DNA of 64,000 nucleotides from an uncultured Alphaproteobacteria bacterium (GTDB taxonomy: Bacteria > Pseudomonadota > Alphaproteobacteria > Rhizobiales > Beijerinckiaceae): the NCBI GenBank assembly GCA_963706215.1, contig OY970154.1:2190243-2254242 (forward strand), read 5' to 3'. Made by a program: the position numbers and the translations under genes. Within the stretch, counting starts at the first letter, position 1; each line of letters starts with the position of its first letter. Of the stretch, positions 31,480 to 42,140 are shown one piece after another. The notes beneath the pieces are model-generated. The model was not told the DNA's origin and made no database searches. It was given only the letters and a program-made list of their open reading frames with translations.

Positions 31480-32571
31480 GTGTTGAACATATTGCCGCAA
31501 GACCAGCTCGATCTCATCTTGCGCCGGCACGCGGAAATTCTCGCCCGCCTCGCCGGGGCGCTCGAGCCCGCGGCGTTCGTGGCCTTGTCGCGCGAGTTGG
31601 CCGGCATCGAGAATGTTGCGAGGGCCATCCGGGATTTTCGCGGGCAAGCCGAGGAAGCCGCCGGACTCGAAGCCCTGCTGGCCGATCCCGCGACCGGCGC
31701 CGAGATGCGCGGCCTCGCCGAGGAAGAATTAAGGGCGGTCCGCGCACGGCTTTTTGATCTCGAACGGGATCTGAAGATCGCGCTTCTGCCAAAGGACGCC
31801 GCAGATGAAAAAAACGCCATTCTCGAAATTCGTGCCGGGACCGGCGGCGACGAGGCGGCACTTTTCGCCGGCGGCCTTTTCCGGATGTATCATCGCTACG
31901 CCGAATTGAAAGGCTGGCGCGTCGAGATTTTGTCGGCGAGCGAAGGAACGTCGGGAGGCTACAAGGAGATCGTAGCCGAGATCGCGGGACGCGGCGTCTT
32001 CGCGCGGTTGAAATTCGAATCCGGCGTGCATCGGGTGCAACGCGTGCCGGAAACCGAGACACAGGGGCGCGTTCATACCTCGACGGCAACCGTCGCGGTC
32101 TTGCCCGAAGCCGAGGAAGTCGACGTCGATATCAACGAAGCGGACCTGAAGATCGATACGATGCGCGCGCAAGGCGCCGGCGGCCAGCATGTCAACAAGA
32201 CCAAATCCGCGGTCCGCATCACCCATTTGCCGACGGGTACCATCGTCTTCGTGCAGGACGAGCGTTCGCAGCACAAGAACCGCGCCCGCGCCATGACGCT
32301 CTTGCGTTCCAAGATCTACGACTCCCAACGCCAGAAACGCGACGCCGAGCGGGCCGCGGACCGGCGTGCCCAGGTCGGTTCCGGAGATCGCTCCGAACAA
32401 ATCCGCACCTATAATTTTCCGCAAGGGCGGCTCACCGACCACCGGATCCATTTGACTCTCTACAAGCTCGACAAGGTCGTGACCGGCGAAGCGCTGGACG
32501 AAGTGATCGATGCCCTCGTCACTCACCATCAGGCAGGTTTGCTCGCGGCGCCCGAAAGCGGGGCAGCTTGA
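31480..32571 (+). CDS. prfA: Peptide chain release factor 1
   Basis: [26 protein letters not shown] (PxT), [17 protein letters not shown]; start uncertain (31477-31492). Confidence 0.93.
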   Translation: MLNILPQDQLDLILRRHAEILARLAGALEPAAFVALSRELAGIENVARAIRDFRGQAEEAAGLEALLADPATGAEMRGLAEEELRAVRARLFDLERDLKIALLPKDAADEKNAILEIRAGTGGDEAALFAGGLFRMYHRYAELKGWRVEILSASEGTSGGYKEIVAEIAGRGVFARLKFESGVHRVQRVPETETQGRVHTSTATVAVLPEAEEVDVDINEADLKIDTMRAQGAGGQHVNKTKSAVRITHLPTGTIVFVQDERSQHKNRARAMTLLRSKIYDSQRQKRDAERAADRRAQVGSGDRSEQIRTYNFPQGRLTDHRIHLTLYKLDKVVTGEALDEVIDALVTHHQAGLLAAPESGAA

Positions 32572-33005
32572 AGACCTGGTCCGCGTCTTGGCTCTTCTGG
32601 GCTTTGCTGTCGGCAATTTTTGCCGCCGTGACCGCGATTTTCGCGAAAATCGGGGTCGCGAACATCAATTCCGATCTCGCGACTTTGTTTCGCACGGTCA
32701 TGATTGCGGTCATCCTCGCCGCGATTGTCGCGCTCACCAAACAATATCAGCCGCTCGCCTCGATTTCGACGCGCACCTATGTTTTTCTTGCCTTGTCCGG
32801 CGTCGCCACGGGGGCTTCCTGGCTTTGCTATTTTCGCGCCTTGAAGCTCGGCGAGGCCTCCCGCGTCGCGCCGGTCGACAAGCTTTCGATTGTTCTCGTT
32901 GCTGTCTTTGGCGCCGTATTTTTGGGCGAGCGGCTCACGGCGGCGAATTGGCTCGGCATTGTTTTGATCGGCTGCGGCGCGCTGCTCGTCGCCTCCAAGG
33001 GCTGA
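32568..33005 (+). CDS. EamA-family (single-domain) membrane transporter
   Basis: [30 protein letters not shown]; hydrophobic helices. Confidence 0.9.
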   Translation: MKTWSASWLFWALLSAIFAAVTAIFAKIGVANINSDLATLFRTVMIAVILAAIVALTKQYQPLASISTRTYVFLALSGVATGASWLCYFRALKLGEASRVAPVDKLSIVLVAVFGAVFLGERLTAANWLGIVLIGCGALLVASKG

Positions 33006-33132
33006 TCCGGGCCTGGGTTGAAGCAGGACACCGCGAATTAACGGAACCAACCACGGCTCCAGCGGTTTTGCTTCTCGCGAATAGCCTTTGACCGTCGCGG
33101 GAAACGGCGAAACCGCTTGGCACTCAGACGTT

Positions 33133-33160
33133 CTAACGAGTCCGCCCTAACGAGTCCGCC
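33133..33160. repeat. 14-bp exact tandem duplication
   Basis: CTAACGAGTCCGCC twice, upstream of the transglutaminase gene. Confidence 0.9.
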
Positions 33161-33221
33161 GCCATCCTCGGCAACGAATGGGGCAAGGCCAGCGCCGCGC
33201 AACGCAACCGGAAACTGAATC

Positions 33222-34064
33222 ATGCTGATAAGATATGGCTATGAATTGACGTTCAATTGCGCGGAGCCGGCATTGATGGTTTGTCTGCTCGACGCGCATC
33301 GCGATCAGGCGCAAAATATCCGGTACGAGACACCGTTCGAGACCACGCCGGCGATTTCGACGGAGACTTATCTCGACACATTCGGCAATCATGTCCGCCG
33401 GTTTATCGCGCCCGCGGGCGATCTCACGGTTCGCCGCGACGCCATCATCGAGGATAGCGGCCAGCCCGATCCGGTCATGATCGAGGCGCAAGAGATCGCA
33501 GTCGAACGATTGCCAAACGACACATTGGTTTTCACGCTCGGCAGCCGTTATTGCGAAACCGACAAGCTTTGTGACGTCGCGTGGCAATTGTTCGGATCGA
33601 CATTTCGCGGCTGGCGCCGGGTGCAGGCGATCTGCGATTTCGTCTGCAACCATCTGACGTTCGGCTATCAATATGCCCGCGCCACCCGCACCGCCTATGA
33701 AGCCTATCAGGAGCGGGTGGGCGTGTGCCGCGATTTCGCCCATCTCGCCGTCGCTTTCTGCCGCTGCATGAACATTCCGGCGCGTTACGCCAATGGGTTT
33801 CTGGGCGATATAGGCGTGCCGCCGGATCCGGTTCCAATGGATTATAACGCTTGGTTCGAAGTCTTTCTCGATGGGCGCTGGTTCACCTTCGACGCGCGCC
33901 ATAACATGCCACGCATCGGACGCATCACCGTCGCGCGCGGCCGTGACGCAACCGATATCCCGCTTGCGACATCCTTTGGGCCCCACACCTTGAAGAGCTT
34001 CAGGGTCTGGACGGAAGAGACGGGGCCGGGTGTCCTGTGCGGCCTCACCCGCCGCATCGCCTAG
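33222..34064 (+). CDS. Transglutaminase-like family protein
   Basis: GVCRDFAH (Cys), ARYANGFLGDIG, WFTFDAR, GRDATD. Confidence 0.92.
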   Translation: MLIRYGYELTFNCAEPALMVCLLDAHRDQAQNIRYETPFETTPAISTETYLDTFGNHVRRFIAPAGDLTVRRDAIIEDSGQPDPVMIEAQEIAVERLPNDTLVFTLGSRYCETDKLCDVAWQLFGSTFRGWRRVQAICDFVCNHLTFGYQYARATRTAYEAYQERVGVCRDFAHLAVAFCRCMNIPARYANGFLGDIGVPPDPVPMDYNAWFEVFLDGRWFTFDARHNMPRIGRITVARGRDATDIPLATSFGPHTLKSFRVWTEETGPGVLCGLTRRIA

Positions 34065-34276
34065 ACGCCGGTCGTTGCAAGCGGCAAACCGATGCTATCT
34101 GTGGCAAATAAGCAACCCGCCGCGAAAAAATTCAACGAGGGATTTCTGGAAAAATTTGGCGACTTTCGATAAATTACTGATATTATTTATGTTTTACGAG
34201 ATATGCGGCCGCGCCAGGCGAGCGCCGCCGGAGTCGCGCGGCTTCACTTTATCTTGACGTTGCCAGCCCGGTACCG

Positions 34277-35605
34277 TTGCCTGATCGTGGCGGTTTTTGG
34301 ACAAGTGGGCTGATGCGTCGTTTCACCTTTTGGCCGTGGCGAACAGGCTTTCGTGGTCTCCTGGCGGCCCGCGTTCGGGGTTCGCGCATTCCTCCGCACC
34401 ACTTGCTTGTCATTGTCATCACGGTTTGCGGCCTCGCCGGTTGTGCTTCCCCAACAGGCTTTCTCGCGCCGGTGGCCGCGCGCGCTCCCGGCGCGAGCGA
34501 GGTCGAAATGCTGGTCGCGACGACACGCATGCGGACCACGCCGGCGGAGATGTTTTCCGGCGAGCGTGCGCAGACATTGGACTTTGCCGATATTGTTGTT
34601 TCGATTCCCCCGGTGCACCAACCAGGCAAAGTTGAAGATCCCCATCAAATTCCCGGCAATCCAGCAACTGATTTCGTGACGCTCAAAGCCGACTACAACG
34701 ACCGCACGGAAGCGCTCGCCACCTTCCGCCGGCTGGTGCGGACAACGCCCAAAAAGCAGGTGCTGGTGTTTGTCCACGGTTTCAACAACCATTTTGAGGA
34801 CGCGGTTTTCCGCTTCGCGCAAATCGTCCACGATTCAGGGGCGGAAGTCGTGCCCGTCCTCTTCACATGGCCGTCGAAGGGCAGCGTTTTTGCTTACGGC
34901 TACGACCATGAGAGTGCCGAATACTCACGCGATGCGCTCGAAGACGGCTTGCGCTTCCTCGCCAAGGATCCTGAGGTAGGCGAAATTACCGTCTATGCCC
35001 ACTCGATGGGAAACTGGGTGACGCTCGAAGCCTTACGCCAGATGGCCATTCGCGATGGCAAAGTGGCGGAAAAAATCCGCGACGTCATACTTGCGTCGCC
35101 AGATGTGGATGTGAATGTCGCCGAGAAGCAAATTACCGCGATGGGCCCGCGAGCGGGCAGGCCGCGCTTTTTTTTGTTCGCCTCGGAGGATGACCGGGCG
35201 CTGGCGGCCTCGCGGGCGCTCCACAGCGACCAGCGACTTGGATCCATCGATCCGGACCAGGAGCCATGGAAAGGCACGCTGAGAAGCGAAGGGATCCGAT
35301 CCTTCAACCTGACAAGTGCGGGCGCGGGGGACATCACTCGTCATGACAAACCCTTCGAAATCCCTCAAGTTGTCGCGCTCGTCGGCCAGATAATCATGAG
35401 CGGCCAGACCCAGACGGATTCGAGGGTGAGCCCTGGTGAAAGTATCACGCGGGCAACCGCTGGCGCGGCTGCCGCGGTTGGCCATGCGGCTGGCCTGGTT
35501 GTCTCGGCGCCCGTTGCCATCGTCGATCCGCTTACGCGCGAGCAATATGGCGACCAGATCGATGCCTTTAGCCGGTCGGTCCAGGATGTCGTCACGCCAC
35601 AGTGA
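34277..35605 (+). CDS. DUF900-type alpha/beta hydrolase, probable lipoprotein
   Basis: Lipobox LAGC, VFVHGFNN, FTWPS, nucleophile elbow AHSMG; true start probably downstream of 34277. Confidence 0.85.
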   Translation: MPDRGGFWTSGLMRRFTFWPWRTGFRGLLAARVRGSRIPPHHLLVIVITVCGLAGCASPTGFLAPVAARAPGASEVEMLVATTRMRTTPAEMFSGERAQTLDFADIVVSIPPVHQPGKVEDPHQIPGNPATDFVTLKADYNDRTEALATFRRLVRTTPKKQVLVFVHGFNNHFEDAVFRFAQIVHDSGAEVVPVLFTWPSKGSVFAYGYDHESAEYSRDALEDGLRFLAKDPEVGEITVYAHSMGNWVTLEALRQMAIRDGKVAEKIRDVILASPDVDVNVAEKQITAMGPRAGRPRFFLFASEDDRALAASRALHSDQRLGSIDPDQEPWKGTLRSEGIRSFNLTSAGAGDITRHDKPFEIPQVVALVGQIIMSGQTQTDSRVSPGESITRATAGAAAAVGHAAGLVVSAPVAIVDPLTREQYGDQIDAFSRSVQDVVTPQ

Positions 35606-35662
35606 CATCGGTCATGGCGAGGCCCAACCATTGCCTTCGCGTTTCCGCGAGCCATGCAGAGT

Positions 35663-35950
35663 TTAGGCCGCGCAAGAAACCTTGACCGCGATACCGGTGG
35701 CGACAACGCGTTTGAGCTTCACGCCGGTCTCGTCGATCCGCACTGCGCCGCCGTTTTGGTAATCGACCCCGATGATGGCGTCGGCGTCGATATCTTCCGC
35801 CGTGCGAATGAGTTCACGCAGAATAAGTTCCCGCCAATTGTCTTGGAGCGGTTCGCTATTTTCGGGATGCCAGGCGGAGGCAGCCTCGATCTTGCCGATG
35901 TTATAGAGAACACGGCCTCCTTCGAGGGTGCCGGTGAAACTGATACGCAC
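35663..35950 (-). CDS. Small YbjQ-like (putative heavy-metal-binding) domain protein
   Basis: 95 aa; ADAIIGVDY and ATGIAV match the YbjQ fold pattern. Confidence 0.7.
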   Translation of the reverse strand: MRISFTGTLEGGRVLYNIGKIEAASAWHPENSEPLQDNWRELILRELIRTAEDIDADAIIGVDYQNGGAVRIDETGVKLKRVVATGIAVKVSCAA

Positions 35951-36096
35951 GATCCCGCCTCCGGATATTCGTTCTGTTTAATGCCTGGAAGTTTCGCGAA
36001 GCTTAATGCGTGGCGATCGCGGCGGTTTCGAGACGAATTGTCACGGATCGGTGAAGAACGGGACGGGCGCCCCGCACACATCAAATTAATTTTTTG

Positions 36097-37689
36097 TTAA
36101 TGCCGGAAGTGCCGTACCCCTGTAAACACCATGGCGAGGCCGGCGCCGTCGGCGGCCTTGACGACCTCGCCGTCGCGCACCGATCCTCCCGGTTGAATGA
36201 TGGCCGTCGCGCCCGCCTCGGCGGCGGCAAGCAGGCCGTCGGCGAACGGAAAAAACGCATCCGAGGCGACGACCGATCCTTTGGCGAGGCTTTCGGGAAG
36301 CCCTGCGGCCCTAGCGGCCTCGGCGGCATTCATCGCCGCGATCCTCGCGGAATTGACGCGGCTCGTCTGGCCCGCGCCGATCCCCACTGTCGCGCCGCCC
36401 TTGGCGTAGACGATCGCGTTCGACTTCACATGCTTGGCAACGCGGAAGGCGAATTTGAGATCACGCCATTCCCTCTCGTTTGGCGCGCGCTTGGTGACGA
36501 CGCGCAAATCCATGTCGTCGACACTCGCACGATCGCGGGTTTGAGCAAGAAAACCGCCCGCGACCGGACGAAAGATCCAACCTGTCCCACGCGGATCGGG
36601 CACACCGCCGGTTAGGAGGAGACGCAGGTTTTTCTTGGCGGCGACGATTTCGACGGCCGCATCGTCGGCCTCGGGCGCGATAATGACTTCGGTGAAAATC
36701 TTCACAATCAGCGCGGCGGCCTTCGCATCAAGTTTCCGGTTCAAGGCAACAATGCCGCCAAATGCCGAGACCGGATCGCAACGCAGCGCAAGCTCATAGG
36801 CCTCGGCAAGATTCGCCGCCTCGGCGGCGCCGCAAGGATTGGCGTGCTTGACGATCGCGACGGCGGCGGTCCGCGCCGGATCGAACTCCGCGACGAACTC
36901 GAATGCCGCATCGGTATCGTTGACGTTATTGTAGGAGAGTTCCTTGCCCTGCACCTGGCGTGCCATCGCGACGCCGCGACGTGGCTCTCCCGACGCATAG
37001 AAAGCGGCGGTCTGATGCGGGTTCTCGCCATAACGCAAGCGCGATACAAGCCTGCCGCCGAACGCGCGATAGGCGGGCGCGGCAAGCCCCATTTCCGCCG
37101 CGAGCCAATTCGAGATCGCCGCGTCATAGACGGCGGTGCGCGCAAACGCTTTTTGCGCGAGTTCCTGGCGCAATTTCCTGGTCGTGCAACCGCCGTGCGC
37201 CGTCAATTCGCCGAGGATTTTAGAATAATCGCCGGGGTCCACGACGACCGCGACATCGTTGTAATTCTTGGCGGCGGCGCGGATCATCGCCGGGCCGCCG
37301 ACGTCGATATTTTCGATGCAATCGGCGAAACCGGCCCCCCTCTCGATCGTCGCCTCGAACGGATAAAGGTTCACCACGAGGAGATCGATCGGCGCGATGC
37401 CATGCGCCAGCATCGCCGCCTCATGTTCCGGATTCTCCCGTATCGCCAGAAGCCCGCCATGAACTTTTGGGTGCAGGGTTTTCACTCGCCCGTCCAGGAG
37501 TTCGGGAAACCCCGTCAGATCAGCGACATCGCGGACCGGCAGACGGGCATCGGCAAGCGCCTTGCGCGTGCCGCCGGTTGACACAAGCTCAACGCCAAAG
37601 CCGGCAAGACCGCGTCCGAAACCGGCGAGGCCGGTCTTATCGGAAACGGAAAGCAACGCGCGGGCAGCGCGGCGAAGGTCAGCCGGCAT
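36097..37689 (-). CDS. purH: Bifunctional AICAR transformylase/IMP cyclohydrolase
   Basis: [47 protein letters not shown]. Confidence 0.98.
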   Translation of the reverse strand: MPADLRRAARALLSVSDKTGLAGFGRGLAGFGVELVSTGGTRKALADARLPVRDVADLTGFPELLDGRVKTLHPKVHGGLLAIRENPEHEAAMLAHGIAPIDLLVVNLYPFEATIERGAGFADCIENIDVGGPAMIRAAAKNYNDVAVVVDPGDYSKILGELTAHGGCTTRKLRQELAQKAFARTAVYDAAISNWLAAEMGLAAPAYRAFGGRLVSRLRYGENPHQTAAFYASGEPRRGVAMARQVQGKELSYNNVNDTDAAFEFVAEFDPARTAAVAIVKHANPCGAAEAANLAEAYELALRCDPVSAFGGIVALNRKLDAKAAALIVKIFTEVIIAPEADDAAVEIVAAKKNLRLLLTGGVPDPRGTGWIFRPVAGGFLAQTRDRASVDDMDLRVVTKRAPNEREWRDLKFAFRVAKHVKSNAIVYAKGGATVGIGAGQTSRVNSARIAAMNAAEAARAAGLPESLAKGSVVASDAFFPFADGLLAAAEAGATAIIQPGGSVRDGEVVKAADGAGLAMVFTGVRHFRH

Positions 37690-38046
37690 CGGTCGTTCGC
37701 CTGGGGCCGTGTCGCTTGAAAACTGCTGCATGATCCAAGCGCTCGATCGGCAAGGGAGAGATGAAAACGAGTATATACATCGAGTCATCGAGATCGCGAA
37801 AAAAGCGCTTGTCACGGGGTGATTTCGGGAACCGTACAGGGAACATGATTCGCGTCGTTTTTTTTTGAAACCAATCGCGGCGGGCTGGGCCAGCGGCCCC
37901 GATGGCGAAAGCCGCCATTCGCCGGCGCCGGGCGCGAACGCGCGCCGCGCCGGCGGGTCTCGCGATATACACGCCTGCCGGCTGAAGCGGACGCGGTTTT
38001 TGGGGCCGGTTGATGAATTGGAGGCGAGGCCGTTCGGTCATGGCGA

Positions 38047-38400
38047 ATGGAGCGGCGGATGACCAAGAGGACGAGACGGAAGATCGCCGCGGCGCCGAAG
38101 GCAAGAATTGCCCTCGAGGCGCCGCGCGGGCAGGCGGCGGTGGCGGACCTGGCGCGCTGTCGCGAGGTCCGTCCGAATCCGGTTTACGCTTGGAAGAAGC
38201 AGCCGCCGGAGCAAGCCGCCCGCGCCTTCGGCGCCGGCGCTGGCAACGGCGCCGGGGCGATCCGGGAACGCGAGATCGCGAAGCCGCGCGCCAGGATTGG
38301 CCAGTTGACGGCGGATGGTTCGACAAGCCCGCCATGAGCGGGATTTTTTAGCCAACAGGTCCGGAAGATGAGTGTCCCGGACGCGGGGACGATGGGCGAG
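38047..38400 (+). mobile_element. Degenerate IS3-family remnant (OrfA and OrfA/B junction)
   Basis: MTKRTRRKI..A.KARIALEA...VADLA...VRPN.VYAWKKQ; shifted continuation ERDFLANRSGR*, then MSVPD. Confidence 0.8.
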
Positions 38401-38611
38401 GCGATTTCGTTGAGAGTCCCGAGCCTGCTGGCGCAAGCCGGCAAGGCCGTGAAACAGAATGGGACCTTTTGCTCGTCCGGCCGCATCATGCGGCGGCCTC
38501 TGCGCCGGCCGCGCAGAGAAGCGAGCAACCCGCGGGAACGAAAAGCCGCCAATCGCGGAAGGAAGATTAAGGGAGCAGCTCGATTCCGGCGGCCCCAATC
38601 AGAGAGGGCTC

Positions 38612-39109
38612 TCAGAACGGGATGTCGTCGTCGATGATGTCCGCCGTGCGGCTCGGGCCCGCAGCGGCGGGAGGGCGATCCGGCGCCTGCTCCATCGGCG
38701 ACGCGCGGCCGAAAGAACTACTGGACGCCTCGATGGCACCGCCGGCGTCGCCGCGGCCGCGGCTGTCCAAAAGGGTCAGTTCGCCGCGAAAGCGTTGCAG
38801 CACCACTTCTGTCGCCTTGCGCTGATTGCCGTCGCGATCGGTAAATTCGCGCGTCTGCAATTGACCTTCGAGATAGATCTTCGTGCCCTTCTTGCAATAT
38901 TGCTCGGCGATCTTGCCCAAATTCTCGTTGAAGATCACGATATTGTGCCATTCGGTCCGCTCCTTGCGCTCGCCGGAGGCCTTGTCGCGCCAGGACTCGG
39001 ACGTGGCGAGAGAGAAGCTTACGATAGGATCGCCGGCGCCCGTTCGCCGCACCTCGGGATCGCGGCCGAGATTACCGACGAGAATGACCTTGTTGACGCT
39101 CCCAGCCAT
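38612..39109 (-). CDS. ssb: Single-stranded DNA-binding protein
   Basis: MAGSVNKVILVGNLGRDPE, TEWH, IYLEGQLQTR, DDDIPF tail. Confidence 0.98.
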   Translation of the reverse strand: MAGSVNKVILVGNLGRDPEVRRTGAGDPIVSFSLATSESWRDKASGERKERTEWHNIVIFNENLGKIAEQYCKKGTKIYLEGQLQTREFTDRDGNQRKATEVVLQRFRGELTLLDSRGRGDAGGAIEASSSSFGRASPMEQAPDRPPAAAGPSRTADIIDDDIPF

Positions 39110-39256
39110 GATTGTCTCCGCTCTTGCAAAACGCCAAATACACTGCTTGCGGCGAACGCCTCCTTTGTCCCATATCCGCGGCGCCCTTGGCGCGGCTCGC
39201 GGGACTTGTCCACGACGTTCCGGAGGTTTGAACGCTCCTTTTTGTTCTAGCACCGC

Positions 39257-39324
39257 AACAGGCCCGCGCAAGCCGCCGGCGCGAAAACAGGCCCGCGCAA
39301 GCCGCCGGCGCGAAAACCGGCCCG
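39257..39324. repeat. 29-bp tandem repeat (two full copies plus a partial) upstream of ssb
   Basis: AACAGGCCCGCGCAAGCCGCCGGCGCGAA at 39257 and 39286; partial AACCGGCCCG at 39315. Confidence 0.92.
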
Positions 39325-39451
39325 ATTGACGACGACGCCGACATGCCCCGCTTTCGCTCGCACCGCCTCCAAACCGCGACCATAAAATAATATAATAAAA
39401 TAAATTACGATATTTCTGAATAAGCCCCTTTACAAGCGCGTCAAGAGATGC

Positions 39452-39487
39452 GAACGTAACAGCAACATTTGGCGAACATAAGGGAAC
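39452..39487 (+). promoter_or_regulatory. Array of LexA-box-like half sites
   Basis: GAAC-N7-CAAC-N7-GAAC-N6-GAAC ending 6 nt before the ATG at 39494. Confidence 0.4.
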
Positions 39488-39493
39488 GCAAAA

Positions 39494-39730
39494 ATGCGAA
39501 AGCCGGCATCGTTGGCACGCAGATTAAGCCGTGTTTTGACGGAGGAAAAAACTGCGAAACCTATTGAAATCACGGAGATTGTCGAGGGCGCGCAATGCAC
39601 CGCGGCCTATATTGCCCAACTAACCGGAGAACTTGCCGGCCTCGCCAACGGGGCGCGTTTCGCCAATTTGGCCCTTCTTCTCGCCAGGGCCCAGCTCGAA
39701 GCCGAGCTTTGGTCGTGTCAAGGCGAATGA
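39494..39730 (+). CDS. Small helical hypothetical protein
   Basis: 78 aa; AAYIAQLTGELAGLA...LALLLARAQLEAE resembles small Rhizobiales hypotheticals. Confidence 0.65.
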   Translation: MRKPASLARRLSRVLTEEKTAKPIEITEIVEGAQCTAAYIAQLTGELAGLANGARFANLALLLARAQLEAELWSCQGE

Positions 39731-39859
39731 CTACCGCCGCGTGTTTTCTCGCGCTCACGACCGCCTGCGCAAACGGCACGCCGTTTTGGCGCCGCCGCTG
39801 CCTCGTCAAGAGCGCGGGATCGTCCCGAGCGCTCTCGGTTGCCCGAAGTCTTCCATTGA

Positions 39860-40140
39860 CGCCGGCGCCGGTCTTGGTCCGCAGGCTGTTGAAGAAGCAA
39901 GTCTGGGCGCCGCCGGTGCTCATCGCCGCAAGCCGAAGAGCCATGGGGCCGCCGGGCGGCCGATCATGCCCGGGACCGGGCACCGTCAGCACCAGCCTCG
40001 ACAACCGGGCCAAAAATTTTCGACCCATGGCCGGGCGCCCAATGTCTTCATCCGCCGCCAAGATCACGCTACCGGCGGCGCATTCCGTTCCTCCCGCAAC
40101 CAAACACTCACAACCTTGGCCGGGGTCAAGCTCGCCACGG
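39860..40140 (+). mobile_element. Degenerate IS6-family transposase C-terminal remnant
   Basis: Across shifting frames: RRLLKKQVWAPPVLI, KSHGAAGRPIMPGTGHRQH, LDNRAKNFRP, FRSSRNQTL. Confidence 0.7.
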
Positions 40141-40224
40141 CTGGATAATCACGCCCCTGCGGGTCATGGCGCAACCGATCGCGGTTCGCTCGATCCGTGG
40201 ACGCCAAGTCGCCGGTGCCGGGTC

Positions 40225-40335
40225 AAGCCGGAAACTCCGCGGCATCGCTACCCGCTACGACAAGCCCGCCGTCCATGTCGCGGCCGCGGTATTCTTGGCC
40301 GCGGTCGTCGTTTACCGGTCTATGAGTTTTGAGCC
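40225..40335 (+). mobile_element. IS5-family transposase C-terminal remnant and right end
   Basis: GIATRYDK...AAVFLAAVV from 40241, then terminal-like TGAGTTTGAGCCTA. Confidence 0.7.
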
Positions 40336-40416
40336 TACGGCGTGACATGAAAAAAATCTCGCGCTATTTTATGCCATCGCGAAGCCAACCAATTTGCGTG
40401 AGCGCGGGCGGATCCG

Positions 40417-41952
40417 ATGGTGACAGGACCGGAGATCGAACTGAAGTTCCTGTTCGCGGAGAGGGACGGTGCCAGAGTCAAGGCCCTGGTTGCGGCGGCC
40501 TCCGGCGCCCGGCAGGCGACCCCTCAGCGCCGTCGCGCGATCTATTTCGATACGCCAAATCAGGACCTTTGGAACCGTGGGTTCACTGTGCAGGTCCGGG
40601 TGATCGGGGGAAGCCATGTTCAGACCGTCAAGCGGATGGCGTCCTCAAGCATCCAAAGAGACGAATGGGAAGCGCAAACCGGCCGGCGCGAACTCGATCT
40701 GGAGCCGATCAAAAATACCCCCCTCGCCCGTCTCGCCGGCAAACCTTCCATTCGCCGCGCAATGAGACCCGCCTTCGAAGTGGATGTTGAACGCACGTCC
40801 TATAGGCTCGAAACAGGCGCCGGTTGGATCGAGGCGTCCGTCGACCAAGGCGCGATCGAAGCGAACGGTGAAAAGCTTGGCGTGCACGAGCTGGAACTCG
40901 AATTGAAAAGCGGCGACCGGTCCGCCTTGTTCGACGTTGCCCGCACCTTTGTGTCGCAGGCGCCTCTCCATCCAAGCCTTATAGGCAAGGCCGAGCGCGG
41001 TCATCTTCTTGCCGAGGGCGCCTGGGGCCGCGCGGCGAAAAGTTCAAAGCCGCGTCTTGCCAAGGACATGACGTGCCGGCGAGCGTTCCAGGAAATCTGT
41101 CAGACTTGTCTGCACGACTTTCATTTGAATCTTCCGGGTTTGGAGAAGTCCGACAATGTCGAGGCATTTCACCAAGGCCGCATCGCGATTAGACGCCTTC
41201 GCGCGGCCATGGCGTTTTTTAAGCCGATGGCCTTCGATAGTGCATATCGAAGGCTTCGCGGCGAATTGAAGTGGCTGGCGGGTTTGTTTGGCGCGGCGCG
41301 GGACATGGATGTCCTACGGGCGAACTTGCCGCCGCCGGCCCCGGAGGATCAAGCGAGCATGCCGGCGGGAGAGTTCGCCGGCGATTGCGAAGCCAAGCGT
41401 CTTCGCGCGCATCAGGCGGTCGTCGAAGCCTTGGATGGCGAACGCGCGCGGACCATGCAGCTCGATCTCGCGGTGTGGATCGAGGACGGAAGATGGTACA
41501 GGCAGTCCTCCGGCATCGCGGAAGAACCAATACCAAGGTACGCCGGCGCCCGCCTGAGAAAACGCTGCGAAAAACTGGTGAAACAAGGCGCGGGCCTCGC
41601 AAACCTTGCTTCCGGCGCCCGGCACCACATTCGCATAGAGGCGAAAAAGCTGCGCTACATGGCGGAATTCTTCGTCGACGTCCCAGGCGTCGCCAAGGAT
41701 CATAAGCGCTTAAAAAAACTCATCAATTGCTGCGAAACGCTGCAGGCGGCCCTCGGCGCGATCCGTGACGAGGAGGCCGTGGCCGAATTCATGGAAAACG
41801 AGGTTTGGATCTGCGCCGACGCCGCCAATGGCCTGGCGGAGACAGCAATTTTGCCGGCCGGTCCGCCCCCGCGAGCGAAGGGCGGGATAGCCAAACAACT
41901 CCAAAAGGCGGTCCGCTCCTATTCGAAATTGGCCGCGATCGAGCCGATTTAA
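40417..41952 (+). CDS. CYTH + CHAD domain protein
   Basis: N-terminal EIELKF and ELELELK (CYTH); HQGRIAIRRLR, ARDMDV, HHIRIEAKKLRY (CHAD). Confidence 0.92.
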   Translation: MVTGPEIELKFLFAERDGARVKALVAAASGARQATPQRRRAIYFDTPNQDLWNRGFTVQVRVIGGSHVQTVKRMASSSIQRDEWEAQTGRRELDLEPIKNTPLARLAGKPSIRRAMRPAFEVDVERTSYRLETGAGWIEASVDQGAIEANGEKLGVHELELELKSGDRSALFDVARTFVSQAPLHPSLIGKAERGHLLAEGAWGRAAKSSKPRLAKDMTCRRAFQEICQTCLHDFHLNLPGLEKSDNVEAFHQGRIAIRRLRAAMAFFKPMAFDSAYRRLRGELKWLAGLFGAARDMDVLRANLPPPAPEDQASMPAGEFAGDCEAKRLRAHQAVVEALDGERARTMQLDLAVWIEDGRWYRQSSGIAEEPIPRYAGARLRKRCEKLVKQGAGLANLASGARHHIRIEAKKLRYMAEFFVDVPGVAKDHKRLKKLINCCETLQAALGAIRDEEAVAEFMENEVWICADAANGLAETAILPAGPPPRAKGGIAKQLQKAVRSYSKLAAIEPI

Positions 41953-42140
41953 GGCCATCGCAAAGTCTTTAAGTCAAGCCCGCGCAGGGGCCCAGCGCCA
42001 GAAAAGGTGTTCACGAAAGCCTGCGCCGCAAACTCGCTCCGCGCCTATTGACAGCGCGCCGCGAACCGGCAATCTCGCGGATCATGTTGCACGGCGCAAT
42101 TTTCCGGCCGCCCAGAAAAACTTAGGGTAAAGCCCAACAC

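Noticed and set aside
39257-39324. CRISPR array
   Set aside because: The 29-bp units abut with no spacers, and there are no cas genes in the window.
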